A stretch of DNA of 64,000 nt from Thermoleophilia bacterium (GTDB lineage Bacteria; Actinomycetota; Thermoleophilia; UBA2241): positions 778,363 through 842,362 of the forward strand of contig JAWKKE010000001.1 in NCBI GenBank assembly GCA_041393415.1, read 5' to 3'. Position numbers and translations under genes: made by a program. Shown here piece after piece: positions 47,663-57,826 of this stretch (the first letter of the stretch is position 1; the number at the start of each line of letters is the position of its first letter). The notes under the pieces were generated by a model. The model worked only from the letters and a program-made list of their open reading frames with translations, searched no databases and had not been told where the DNA came from.

Positions 47663-50600
47663 CTACTTCACGGTCAGATTCTTCCACGTTCTCTTCGACT
47701 GACTGTTCCCGGCCTTGTCGGTCGCCTGAATCGACCACTTGTACTTGCCGCGATTGAGCTTGCACGTCCACCGGTAGCGGAGTATCCCGTTCGAGGCGCG
47801 CGCCGGAAGAGTCAGTGTCTTCTTGACCTTGCCCTTCAGCGTAATCACGAGCTTGACCTTGGCAATCGGACTCATCGCCACGCCAGTCGGATTCGGCTCG
47901 AGCACAGAGTAGCGGAAGGTAGCAGTCTTGCCGCGCTTCACGCTGAAGCTGCGGAGCGCCTTGGTCTGCGGACCATGCGTATCGATGTTGACATTGGTGG
48001 ACCGCACTTTCTCCACATTGCCGACCGCGTCGACGGCGCGATACTTGACGCTCGTCGTGCCCTCATCGCCTATCTTGAGCTTGGCCGCCGTCGTCCACGT
48101 CTCGCCGTCCAGTGAGTACTCGATGTGGTCCACGCCCGACCCTGTATCGGACGCCGTGAACATCAAGGTGACCGGCGCCTTGCGCCAAGTTGAACCGCCG
48201 CCCTGCGCAGAGGAAACAGGCGCCACGGTATCGATCTTCACGGTGAAGGTAGCGATGCGGGATGTGTTGCCAGCCGCGTCCATCGCGCGATACTGATAGA
48301 GAGTAGACCCCTCGTTTTCGGCAGCAAGGACCACCACATCCGCACTGCCGCCGGCCTGGTAGATCCATGCGCCCGACTTGCCGCGGCGATACTCGATGCC
48401 GGCGACGCCCGACGCTGCCGGCTCGCCGGGATCAGTGGCTGAGAGCGAAACGGTGACGTCTGTCGCGTGCCAAACGTCGTCTGCGCCAGTAGTGCTGACC
48501 GTAGGAGCCAGCGTATCGATGCGCACCTGGAAAGCCCGCGTCTCGCTGACGTGGCCAAGCACGTCGACCACGTTGTACTCGTACTCATGTACGCCATCGC
48601 CGCTCACGTCGAACGATGCGCGCGAGCCAACGATCACGGTCCATGCGGAATCGCCGACGATATGGTACGCGATGCGATCCACTCCCGCGACGTCCTGCGC
48701 GGTAATGACCACCGTAGCTGTGCCGTTGTGCCAGGTCTCGCCGCCACCCTGCACCGACGAAGTCGGGGGAGTCGTGTCGATCTTGACTGCAAACGTGCTG
48801 ACGCCAGAGACGTTGCCGGCCGCATCGGTTGCCCGATACTGATAGGTGTGTATCCCGTCGTTGCCCGCGGCCGGAACTGTCAGCTGTGTGCTGCTGCCGC
48901 TCACCTTCGTCCATGCCGCGCTGTCACCCTCGCGGTACTCGATGTTCGCGACACCGGACGAGTCCGGCGCATTTGGATCGCTCGCGTTCAGCGTTACCGT
49001 CTGATCGCTGCCGTGCCAATTGCCGTCGACGCCAACCACGGCCACGGTGGGAGCAGTACCGTCCAGCTTGACGTAGAACGACTTGACGGCGGAGGCATTG
49101 CCGGCAACGTCACTAGCCCGGCCCTGAAGCTCAATGGATCCTTCCCCGGACAGCTGAACGTCCACGCTCGTCGCGCCCACGAGCGTCCATTCCGGATCGG
49201 TGCTGAGCCGATACTCGAACGTGGCCACTCCAGAGGCAGGGTCGCTCGCCGTCAGACGCACCGTCGTGGGGCTCGTGCGCCAGACGCCCGTTAGTCCCGG
49301 CGCCGTAATGCTCGGCGCCGTCTGATCCACCTTGACGCGCACTTGCTTGGCGGTCTCGACATTGCCGGCTTTGTCGACGGCGCGGTAGTCGAGCGTGTGG
49401 TTGCCGTCGCTGCTCACGGTCGCCGAGGCGCCGGCCGTGTAGGCGCCAGAGTCCAAGCTGTACTCGGTGTGATCGACGCCGATGCCAGTGCCGTCACTGG
49501 CCGAGAAGGTCGCCGTCACCGGCGTCGTGTGCCAGGCGTCGTCGATGCCGGCGATCTGCGAGACAGGACGCAGATCGGCGTTCAGGGAGCGGTAGATGTT
49601 CAGGCGCCCGCCGGTGACCATCTTGCCGGCGTAGACGGGGAAGACGTCGACGCCGCTCATGATGCGGTCGACGCGCTGCAGGGCCGTCTCTGCCGGGTAC
49701 TGCGCCGCCATCAGAGCGACGGCGCCGGCGGTCATGGCGGAGGCGGGGGAGGTGCCGGAGTTACCAGCATAGGTTGGGCCTGGTTCTGTACTGTAGATTC
49801 CGCTCCCCGGCGCAGCGAGGTCCACGGTCGTCGGCCCCCAGTTGCTCCAACTCGGCAGCACTTCGTCCTCGTTCGAGGCAGCGACGCTCAAGATGTTGCT
49901 CGCGTTGTAGCCCGAGGGGTAGTGCGCTATGGCATCCGTGTTGAAACCCTCGTTACCCGCCGACGCCGTCCAGACGATGCCCGCCGTGCCGGCGGCGCGG
50001 ATGGCATCTTGCATGAAGGGATCGTAGGGCACGTTGCCCTGCCCCCAGGAGGTGTTGATGGCGACGACGTTCACGCCGTGATTGACGCGTTGATCAATGA
50101 TGTAGTACGCGCCTTCCAGGGCGCCGGCCGCCGTACCCACAAGTGCCGTCCCGTTCCACCCCAGACAGCGCACCGCCATCAGCCGCGTTGTCCAGTTGAC
50201 ACCGACGGCGCCGATGCCGTTGTTGCCCTGGGCGCCGATGATGCCGGCCACCCAGGTCCCGTGCGCTTGGCCGTCCATGGGATCGCCGTCGTTCGCGTAG
50301 ACGTCGATGCCGTAGACGTCGTCGACGTAGCCGTTGCCGTCGTTGTCGATACCGTCGCCGGCGATCTCTCCGGGGTTGTGCCACATGTTGTTGACCAGAT
50401 CGGGGTGCGTGTAGTCGATGCCGCTGTCGAGGACGGCAACGACGACACCGGCAGATCCGGTCTGTGTGTCCCAGGCCGACGGTGCCGCGGCACGGCGCAG
50501 CCCCCAGTTATCGAGGAGGTAGAAATCGTTCGGGTAGGTGGCCTCGGGCTCGAAGCTCACGTCGACGGAGACCCGCTGGACACCCTCGACCTGCTTCAAG

Positions 50601-50905
50601 GCGGCAGCGAGATCCTCGCCCGACCTAGCCCGAGAACGCAGCACGTAGAGATGGCTGCCGTCGCTCACGCCCCAGCGATCGATCTCATCCACGAGCGTAG
50701 CCTCAAGAGACGACGCAATTGCCGCCGCTTCGTCCCGGCTGACCCCCTTGGCGACCTCAACCAGGACCTGGCTGACGCCTGCGGCGGGAACGCTGCTCGC
50801 GGCCGCATGAGCACCCGCGGCGCCCAAGCTCAGCCAGAGCAGAGGAATCACGAAAAGGCTGCTCACAAGCACAAATGAGCTTCGTCGAATGGTTCGTACG
50901 TGCAT
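47663..50905 (-). CDS. secreted subtilisin-like (S8) serine peptidase with long C-terminal array of Ig-like repeat domains
   Basis: Signal peptide, then catalytic Asp (VAVLDSGIDYTHPDL), His (HGTWVAGIIGA) and Ser (GTSPASAMTAG). At least 6 repeated ~90-aa beta-rich modules follow. ATG at 50905 after AGGGAGAGAGAG. Confidence 0.75.
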   Translation of the reverse strand: MHVRTIRRSSFVLVSSLFVIPLLWLSLGAAGAHAAASSVPAAGVSQVLVEVAKGVSRDEAAAIASSLEATLVDEIDRWGVSDGSHLYVLRSRARSGEDLAAALKQVEGVQRVSVDVSFEPEATYPNDFYLLDNWGLRRAAAPSAWDTQTGSAGVVVAVLDSGIDYTHPDLVNNMWHNPGEIAGDGIDNDGNGYVDDVYGIDVYANDGDPMDGQAHGTWVAGIIGAQGNNGIGAVGVNWTTRLMAVRCLGWNGTALVGTAAGALEGAYYIIDQRVNHGVNVVAINTSWGQGNVPYDPFMQDAIRAAGTAGIVWTASAGNEGFNTDAIAHYPSGYNASNILSVAASNEDEVLPSWSNWGPTTVDLAAPGSGIYSTEPGPTYAGNSGTSPASAMTAGAVALMAAQYPAETALQRVDRIMSGVDVFPVYAGKMVTGGRLNIYRSLNADLRPVSQIAGIDDAWHTTPVTATFSASDGTGIGVDHTEYSLDSGAYTAGASATVSSDGNHTLDYRAVDKAGNVETAKQVRVKVDQTAPSITAPGLTGVWRTSPTTVRLTASDPASGVATFEYRLSTDPEWTLVGATSVDVQLSGEGSIELQGRASDVAGNASAVKSFYVKLDGTAPTVAVVGVDGNWHGSDQTVTLNASDPNAPDSSGVANIEYREGDSAAWTKVSGSSTQLTVPAAGNDGIHTYQYRATDAAGNVSGVSTFAVKIDTTPPTSSVQGGGETWHNGTATVVITAQDVAGVDRIAYHIVGDSAWTVIVGSRASFDVSGDGVHEYEYNVVDVLGHVSETRAFQVRIDTLAPTVSTTGADDVWHATDVTVSLSATDPGEPAASGVAGIEYRRGKSGAWIYQAGGSADVVVLAAENEGSTLYQYRAMDAAGNTSRIATFTVKIDTVAPVSSAQGGGSTWRKAPVTLMFTASDTGSGVDHIEYSLDGETWTTAAKLKIGDEGTTSVKYRAVDAVGNVEKVRSTNVNIDTHGPQTKALRSFSVKRGKTATFRYSVLEPNPTGVAMSPIAKVKLVITLKGKVKKTLTLPARASNGILRYRWTCKLNRGKYKWSIQATDKAGNSQSKRTWKNLTVK

Positions 50906-51082
50906 CGCTCTCTCTCCCTGTACGCCAACAGCCACGAAACCAGATATCAGTGGCCAAAGGTTGCCCCGTACCGTCGAAGTTCCGCCATTAAAGCACGGAC
51001 CGCACACAGCAAGTCCACCCCGCCCGTTCACCTATCCGCTGCGAGTATGCCGCGAGCGAGCCCCCATCAGCGACGCGGCCCG

Positions 51083-52738
51083 CTACTCGAGCATGCTTTG
51101 GGATCCGGGGCGGCGAGGATCACGGGGGACACGTTTGCAGAGATCCATGACGACCGTCGCTCCTGCACGATTCAAGGTATGCATGCCGCAGCTGTACCGG
51201 ATCCACGCCGAGGTGAGCTCCGCGTGACGCTGGTCCCTGTACTCGTCCGGCGTGAGGCGGGCAACCTCAAACAGTGCGATGCCGTGTCCGTAGCCGCCGC
51301 TACCGTCCTGAGCGGGTCGGTACAGCCGGCCTCCATGGACGAACGGCACTCCGGCCGGCCGCGCAGCGGTGATGTCCGCGCGCAGCGGATTGAGCGTGTG
51401 TGGGCGCCAAACGCCCCGCACCGGATCGTCCGCACAGTAGACCATCAGCAGTTCCGCTGTGCGCACGCTTGCCGGCTTCTTCACGCTGGCGAACAACCAC
51501 CACAGGCCATCCCAGAACACAATGCTGGCATCGACCAGGGCAACACCGTCGATGAGAGTTCGGCGGTACTCCCAACGGTCAGGGACCCTGAGGCACTCGT
51601 AGAGATCAAGTCGGCCGGAGGCGGCATTCTCCGGGATCATGAAGAGCCGACCGGCGTGCGCGAACACACACGGATACGAAAGGTGAGACTGCAACTCGAG
51701 CGCAACCACCTTGTCGCGTGGTGTGCCGTCCGGTTCGAGCGTGACGGCTGCGATGCGGCCCTTGCGACTAGCGTACTCGAACTCCTCAAAGAAGACATAC
51801 TCACGGCCCTCGTATGCAATGACGAACGGATCCGCCCAGTAACAGTCTCTTGGCGGTTCGAGACAACGCAGAGCGCGCGGATCCGGCAGCAGTGTCTCCA
51901 CCGGCTGCCGCCCTATCAGCAGTTGCCACTGATGGTCAGTCACCGCCTTGTCCACTTGACGACGAACGCCCTGAACAAAGAATCGGGCGGCGGCGGCATA
52001 GGACACACGACTCGGCGGAGGCGGTACGTCTGATCCGCTCAACGACGACCCGTTCCTGCGCCCTCGGACAGCAGTACCTCCTTGCCCGCCAGGCCAATTC
52101 GCCAGCAACTCGGTGAGAAGCTGGGAGGCAGACGCGGCGAGCGATTCTTCCGTGAGGATCGCCGAAGTTGGATGAGCAGGGCAGACACAGTCGAACCGGT
52201 CCCGCACAGCGGACGTTCCGGCTGGCGTTTGGAGCAGCCAGAAAGGGACAGTCTGCCGACCAGCGAGGATCGCAGAGCGCAGGTCACAGCCACGAGCATC
52301 GGCGCGCCGCAACGGCACGCCGCCGAGGATCCAAACAGCCGCGCCGCGTGCATCGGCGCCCTCGCGATGATGATCCTCGGCCCGTAGATCGAGCGCCAGG
52401 TCGGCGCGTGCGCGCGAAGAATGAACGCCGCTACGCTCGAGCGTTACAACGTCAACGTTATGTGCTCGCGCCCACGTGCGGATGTCCTCGCCGACGGTAA
52501 GCTGCCGGCGATGACCAAACAGGAGTTCGTCAAGCCTCGCATGCAGGCGATGAGCCGCATCTCGCAGAGCAGGCGACCCCTCGACCGGGAAGTCCTCGAG
52601 CGTGACGGAAGTAATCGCGGCAAGACCCCGCTGCATCACATCGTCCAGGAGCAGAGTCACCCAGCGAGGTACTTCTGGATCGGCGAGCAAGACTTCCAGT
52701 CGCGGAATCAACCTCGTGCCATCATCCACATCGCTCAT
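51083..52738 (-). CDS. hypothetical protein (551 aa); paralog of the 39904-41580 product
   Basis: Paralogy blocks as listed for 39904-41580. ATG at 52738; the longest ORF extends to 52954. Confidence 0.4.
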   Translation of the reverse strand: MSDVDDGTRLIPRLEVLLADPEVPRWVTLLLDDVMQRGLAAITSVTLEDFPVEGSPALRDAAHRLHARLDELLFGHRRQLTVGEDIRTWARAHNVDVVTLERSGVHSSRARADLALDLRAEDHHREGADARGAAVWILGGVPLRRADARGCDLRSAILAGRQTVPFWLLQTPAGTSAVRDRFDCVCPAHPTSAILTEESLAASASQLLTELLANWPGGQGGTAVRGRRNGSSLSGSDVPPPPSRVSYAAAARFFVQGVRRQVDKAVTDHQWQLLIGRQPVETLLPDPRALRCLEPPRDCYWADPFVIAYEGREYVFFEEFEYASRKGRIAAVTLEPDGTPRDKVVALELQSHLSYPCVFAHAGRLFMIPENAASGRLDLYECLRVPDRWEYRRTLIDGVALVDASIVFWDGLWWLFASVKKPASVRTAELLMVYCADDPVRGVWRPHTLNPLRADITAARPAGVPFVHGGRLYRPAQDGSGGYGHGIALFEVARLTPDEYRDQRHAELTSAWIRYSCGMHTLNRAGATVVMDLCKRVPRDPRRPGSQSMLE

Positions 52739-53806
52739 CGTTCTCCGCGCCCGCGCGCGGCGGCCTCCACGTACAGGGCTGCGAACTCCTGAGCCATACG
52801 CGCAACCGTGAATGCCGTGGCTACACGAGCCCGCCCGGCAATTTCCATCGCTCGCGCACATCCTCGCGGTCGCGGAGGAACGTGACGAGCCCAGCGTAAC
52901 CGCGTCTTCGGCGGGACGACGATCCCGGCATCGCCACCGAGCACCTCGCGGCATCCTCCACTATTGGCGCAGACCACGGAGACCACATGCCATGTACTTC
53001 CACGACGAATTGGGCACTTCCAGCAAGAACGGAGGGATCGCCACTAGCACTCCAACATCTGACCTACGAAGGTACCCCACCACCGCGCTCAATTGAAACT
53101 CGATCAGGCCGCCCGGACCAGATCTTCCGCCTCGTCGATGATCGATCGATCCGCGCCGGCACCAATCAGCACAAACCTCCAGCCATGGATCGACCGCGTG
53201 TAGCGCGCGAGCCGCACGCAACACCGTGCGGAAGTCTTTGGGCGGATCCATCCGAGCGGCCATGACGACCGTGAAGCGATCGTCGAGGTGTCGATGTGGA
53301 TCTTCGGACGGCACGGTCGTCAGGCGCTCAGCTTCGAAGGCGTTGTAGATCACACGGCCCTTCTCTGAGCTCACGCGCCACGCGTTCAGCCCTGCCCTGC
53401 TGTTGGCGACCACAAGGGTCGCAAATCGCATGATGCCCCGCCGCGGCCGTCCGCGCTCATGCGGAATGGAGCCCATGCGGATGGACCCGTCGACCAGCGG
53501 TATCCCGAGCGCGAGACATGCCGGCACTGCAGCCGCCGAGGGCATCCAATGCCAGGAATGAACAACATGCGGCCGCCATGCGGCTATGCAGCGCCACAAA
53601 TCCAGCGCCGGCGTGACGTCGACCCGAAACCGCCGCGGGCGAACGATCAGCGGCACGTTGGCGGCGCGCAACGGAGCTTCGTGCGGGCCCCCGTCCATCG
53701 CCCAGATGCGCACATCGAATTGGCTCGGAAGCGTGCGAGCAAGCAGCGAGAGTTGCCGCTCCAGACCGCCATTCGCCAAGCTATTCGTAACGAGAAGCAC
53801 CCGCAT
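52735..53806 (-). pseudogene. glycosyltransferase family 4 gene split by a frameshift near 52960-52990 (or sequencing error)
   Basis: The N-terminal GT4 domain (MRVLLVTNSLANGGLERQ...) ends ...EVPNSSWKYMACGLRGLRQ*. The remainder of the GT4 C-terminal domain (VVCANSGGCREVLGGDAGIVVPP...FAALY) continues in another frame at 52735-52986. Confidence 0.5.
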
Positions 53807-53920
53807 CGGTGCCTGCTCGCGACCGCGACCCATCGGCAAGTCACGCCCCTCGCCCGTCATTTGTGCTGCCTCCACGAGACGGATCAGGTGGTACTGGACT
53901 TCTCGCCGCTGATGCCGGCT

Positions 53921-55501
53921 CTACTCCGCATAGTAGTAGGAGTAGCTGTCGCCAGACTTACCATACCGCGGCGTGTGACCGAGGAGTACAAGGCCGAGCT
54001 TGCGACATTGGATCTGCTCGAGCTGCGCGGCGGCCTCCTCCAAGACCGGCCGCTTCGCTTGAGCGAGGTCGACCAAGAATACGAGGCCGTCGACAACGCG
54101 CGCGATCGACGCCGGGTCACCAACCGCCAGGATTGACGGCGCATCAACAATCACGAGATCGAAGTCCCGCTCAAGCTGCCTGATCAGCTCCGCGAAGCTA
54201 CGCGAAGCGACGACCTCGGCAGGGTTCGGCGGCGCGGGCCCGCTCGTCAGGACGTAGAGCGGTACACCCTCGTCCGTCGATACTCCCATCCTGGCGGCCC
54301 TGTGCGTATCTGGTGCAAGCACACCGAAAGGTCTGGTACGCAACGCTTGCTTCAGGCTCGTCTTCCCTGTCAACACTGTCGAAACGCCGAGAGCATTCGG
54401 CAGCTTCATGTATGTGTGCACCTGAGGACGTCGAAGGTCGGCATCCACGAGCACGACGCGGACCCCTGTGGCCGCGATCGAGAGCGCCAGGTTGCAGATG
54501 GTCAGAGTCTTGCCCTCGTGCTGCAAAGCACTGGTCAGAACGAATGACTTAAGATCGCCATCGATGTTCGCGTACTCGAGGTTTCCGCGCAGTTTGCGTA
54601 TGGACTCCGCCGCGGGATCATGCCCGCCGGCCAAGACCAGCAACGGCTGCTCCTGGATTGCCCGCGATGACAGCCTCCGCACTTTGCCGAGCACGGGCAG
54701 CCCGAAGATCTCCGCCACCTGCGCAGAGCTCCGCACCCGCGTATCGAGTTGCTCAAGCAGAATTGCCAGGCCGATTCCCAGTACCAGACCACCGGCCAAC
54801 GCGAGACCACCTGTCTTCGCTGGTTGCGGGGAGACGGGCTCGCTCGGCGGACTCGCGGGAATCAGAACCCGGAAGTTTCCCGTCGCCGTGTCTTCGCGAA
54901 TCTGCAGGTCGTGAAGTCGCTGCAAGAGAGTGGCGTACTCCGATGATTCTCTTTCGGCCGACGTATTGAAGGTGTCGAGCTTGGACTGGATAACATCCTC
55001 GGCCTCGCGAATCTGTTCTCGTTCCTGCTCCTTGCGATAGGCGACGAAGGCATCGGCGTAGGCTTCGGCGACGGTCGCCGCTACCTTCGGGTCTGGTCCG
55101 ATCGCCGAGATCACCACCGTCGATGGCTCGGAACTTCCGCTCGCCGTGCCCGGCACTGCAGACACGCTGTACGCCGTTACATCAACGTCTTCTCCGATCT
55201 CGTCGCGCGCGCGCTGAATGAGATCAGGGCTGGCTATCACCGCGGCGACACTGCCGAGCTCGACTTCACGCTGCGTTGGATCGATGTACGCGCTCACAGA
55301 CAGAGGATCGGAGACATCGATCGAGATCTCGTAAATGAGCGTCGTGGACGCCTCATACATCGGCGTCCTGCTCAGCGAGTAGGCCATGGCGAGAACGAAG
55401 AGAATGACGACCGTCGCAATGACTACCCACCGCCGGCGAACGACGACGCGGACGTAATCGCGTAGCGATGCTTCGTTCGTGTCGTTCTCGTCATACGCCA
55501 C
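53921..55501 (-). CDS. polysaccharide co-polymerase / BY-kinase (Wzz domain plus tyrosine autokinase)
   Basis: N-terminal TM plus Wzz-like periplasmic region. Walker A TSALQHEGKTLTICNLA, Walker B DLVIVDAPS, and C-terminal Tyr cluster GDSYSYYYAE. Confidence 0.75.
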   Translation of the reverse strand: MAYDENDTNEASLRDYVRVVVRRRWVVIATVVILFVLAMAYSLSRTPMYEASTTLIYEISIDVSDPLSVSAYIDPTQREVELGSVAAVIASPDLIQRARDEIGEDVDVTAYSVSAVPGTASGSSEPSTVVISAIGPDPKVAATVAEAYADAFVAYRKEQEREQIREAEDVIQSKLDTFNTSAERESSEYATLLQRLHDLQIREDTATGNFRVLIPASPPSEPVSPQPAKTGGLALAGGLVLGIGLAILLEQLDTRVRSSAQVAEIFGLPVLGKVRRLSSRAIQEQPLLVLAGGHDPAAESIRKLRGNLEYANIDGDLKSFVLTSALQHEGKTLTICNLALSIAATGVRVVLVDADLRRPQVHTYMKLPNALGVSTVLTGKTSLKQALRTRPFGVLAPDTHRAARMGVSTDEGVPLYVLTSGPAPPNPAEVVASRSFAELIRQLERDFDLVIVDAPSILAVGDPASIARVVDGLVFLVDLAQAKRPVLEEAAAQLEQIQCRKLGLVLLGHTPRYGKSGDSYSYYYAE

Positions 55502-55581
55502 AGTCGCCTCCCAGGCGTTTAGTCACACAAACACATGTATCGGCAGCGCACCCCTCCACCCCGAGGTGCGCAGCCCACCCC

Positions 55582-56280
55582 TCAGCTGAGATCCTCCCTG
55601 AGCAGCGAGAGCAACACCGCATCCCGGTGATGCCCGTCTCGCATCACACGCCGACGCAAGACGCCTTCACGCCGAAACCCGCAACTTTCAGCCAAAGCAA
55701 TGGCGTGCTCGTTCTCCGCCAGCGTAAGGCACTCAAGACGCTCCAGCGTCGTGCTGGAGAATATCCAGCGCACGAACATGGCCAGCGCCTCAGCCATGAG
55801 TCCTCTTCCACGCGCTTCAGGGATCAGCCACAGGCCGATGCTCGCCCGACCATAGTTCCAATCGATGCGGTGAACCTCCAGCATGCCGCACACGCGATCG
55901 GCTGCTGCTTCGACGACCGCGAGCACGAGACCTTCTCCGGACGATCGTTGATTCTCCTGGCTTTGAATCCAACGACGTGCCTCGTCAGGCGTTGCCAGCA
56001 TGCGCCAGTTCGCCCAGTAACGAAGGTCGGACGCACTGTCGATTGCCACGAGTTCGGCAGCGTCGTCCGCGTCGAAACGACGCAGAAGCACACGATCTCC
56101 CCGCAACGAGCGGTCGAGCCGAGGAAGCGGAGGACGCTTGGCGCCTTCTCGCACCACACGCCAGCCCAGTCTTGCCAGGCCGGCGTTCGTCGCCCGCAAA
56201 CATCGCCGGCCTGCCGCCTCGACTGCGGTCGCCATCTCGTGCACAGCCAAACAGCAGCCTGCTGCTTCCCGACGGCTCAT
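55582..56280 (-). CDS. GNAT-family N-acetyltransferase (RimJ/RimL-like)
   Basis: Acetyl-CoA-binding region LIPEARGRGLMAEALAMFVRW. The longest ORF extends to 56328. Confidence 0.55.
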   Translation of the reverse strand: MSRREAAGCCLAVHEMATAVEAAGRRCLRATNAGLARLGWRVVREGAKRPPLPRLDRSLRGDRVLLRRFDADDAAELVAIDSASDLRYWANWRMLATPDEARRWIQSQENQRSSGEGLVLAVVEAAADRVCGMLEVHRIDWNYGRASIGLWLIPEARGRGLMAEALAMFVRWIFSSTTLERLECLTLAENEHAIALAESCGFRREGVLRRRVMRDGHHRDAVLLSLLREDLS

Positions 56281-56395
56281 CGGCGAGCGCCTCCGAAGAG
56301 CGCCCTCGGCGAGCAGCGGAACATCCAAGACGGAGAGTGGCGGGCGAGCATCCTGACTCCCAGTGTAGCATCCACGGCGACCTCACGGACCGATC

Positions 56396-57706
56396 TCACG
56401 AACCAGCCGTCCGACCCGCAACCGCCTGCCTCCCCCCATCCGGTCCGCTCGACAAGACGGGCAAAGACGCCTGCGCATTCGCTCGGATATCCGCCGCCTC
56501 TCGGCGGCGAAGAGAACGATCGGCATCTACCAGCAGCGCTACCGGTATCGCAAAGAGCACGATGTTCTCGATGGCATCGAAGTTCGTATTGAAGAGACAG
56601 AACGCCAAGTAGAAGGCAAGGTACGACAACATGACCGCGCTCAATCGACTTGCGTGACGGTTCTTCCAGCCCAGCCTGGCAGCGGCCACTATAAGGGCGA
56701 AGACGAGCCCGGCTGAGACCACGCCCTGCTTGTCGAGAGCCTGGAAGACGAAATTGTGTGGCTCAAAGGCTTCGTCTCCGAGATCGACCAAGTAGTACGT
56801 ACGGTTCCACGTGTAGTCGCCGAGCGGGTGCACCCTGATGAAGTCCCATGCGAGCCGCGAACGCTCCACACGGTCTTGCGCCGTGGAATCAGATTGCGCA
56901 TTGAACATCGTGCGCAGCGAATAACTGGCGGCCTCACGCAGAACCGGCGACACCGAACTGAGAGCGATACCGACCACGATGCTCGCCACCGCGACGACGA
57001 CGATTCTCTTCGCGGAACGACGGGAGGCCAAGAACTGAACGGCCAGCGCAAACAGAAGCGCCACGTACCCGGCCCGGTGATTCACGATGATGATGCCGAC
57101 AACACCTGCAAGCGAGAGAGCGTAGGCTCGTAGACCGCGCCGCTCCAGAAACAGACCGGTGAGCGCCAACCAGCCGAACACGAGGACCGAACCACCCCAG
57201 AGGATACGGAGCCTGTACTCGGTACCCTCCCAGTAGCCCTGAGGGCCGTCCGTCGCGTAGCGATAGAGAGCGAACACAAGGAGCAGGACCGCGGCGGCAT
57301 TCACGAAGCCGACCAATTGGCGAGGAGGCACATAGCGCAGCCCAACGAAGACGAAGAAAGGAATGAGGACCATCCCGATTCGTCCCTCAAGACTCGTCAC
57401 CGCGTCGCCCACGGAGATGCCGTAGATAATCACGGCGATAGGCACGACGACCAGTACCTGGTACAGAACGTACGCAGCATTCAGACGAAGCACGAGGCGA
57501 TCTGCATTGGGAGGCGGCACTGGTCTCTTGAGCCCGATGGAGTAGAGCAACAGACCCACACAGGCCGCAAGGAGTACATCGAAGATGTACACCGGGGCGG
57601 ATCCCACCCAGATCAGCACCACGTGCGTGAGAACAGGTTCCGTTGCGATAGCGATTGCTGAGAACGCGACCAGGCAGACCACAAGCGCCCGCACGACGTA
57701 CCTCAC
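56396..57706 (-). CDS. polytopic membrane protein, O-antigen ligase/polymerase (Wzy_C)-like
   Basis: ~11-12 TM helices with one large external loop; sits between the BY-kinase and glycoside-active proteins in the locus. Confidence 0.45.
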   Translation of the reverse strand: MRYVVRALVVCLVAFSAIAIATEPVLTHVVLIWVGSAPVYIFDVLLAACVGLLLYSIGLKRPVPPPNADRLVLRLNAAYVLYQVLVVVPIAVIIYGISVGDAVTSLEGRIGMVLIPFFVFVGLRYVPPRQLVGFVNAAAVLLLVFALYRYATDGPQGYWEGTEYRLRILWGGSVLVFGWLALTGLFLERRGLRAYALSLAGVVGIIIVNHRAGYVALLFALAVQFLASRRSAKRIVVVAVASIVVGIALSSVSPVLREAASYSLRTMFNAQSDSTAQDRVERSRLAWDFIRVHPLGDYTWNRTYYLVDLGDEAFEPHNFVFQALDKQGVVSAGLVFALIVAAARLGWKNRHASRLSAVMLSYLAFYLAFCLFNTNFDAIENIVLFAIPVALLVDADRSLRRREAADIRANAQASLPVLSSGPDGGRQAVAGRTAGS

Positions 57707-57826
57707 GAGCGATCCTCCAGGCGTCAGTGAACTCTAGTAGCGCATGATGTCATGCTGTGACAGTCGGCAAAAGCGACGCATTCATGATAGACCGGGGACG
57801 TAGCCGTCACGCCGAGTCTGACATGC

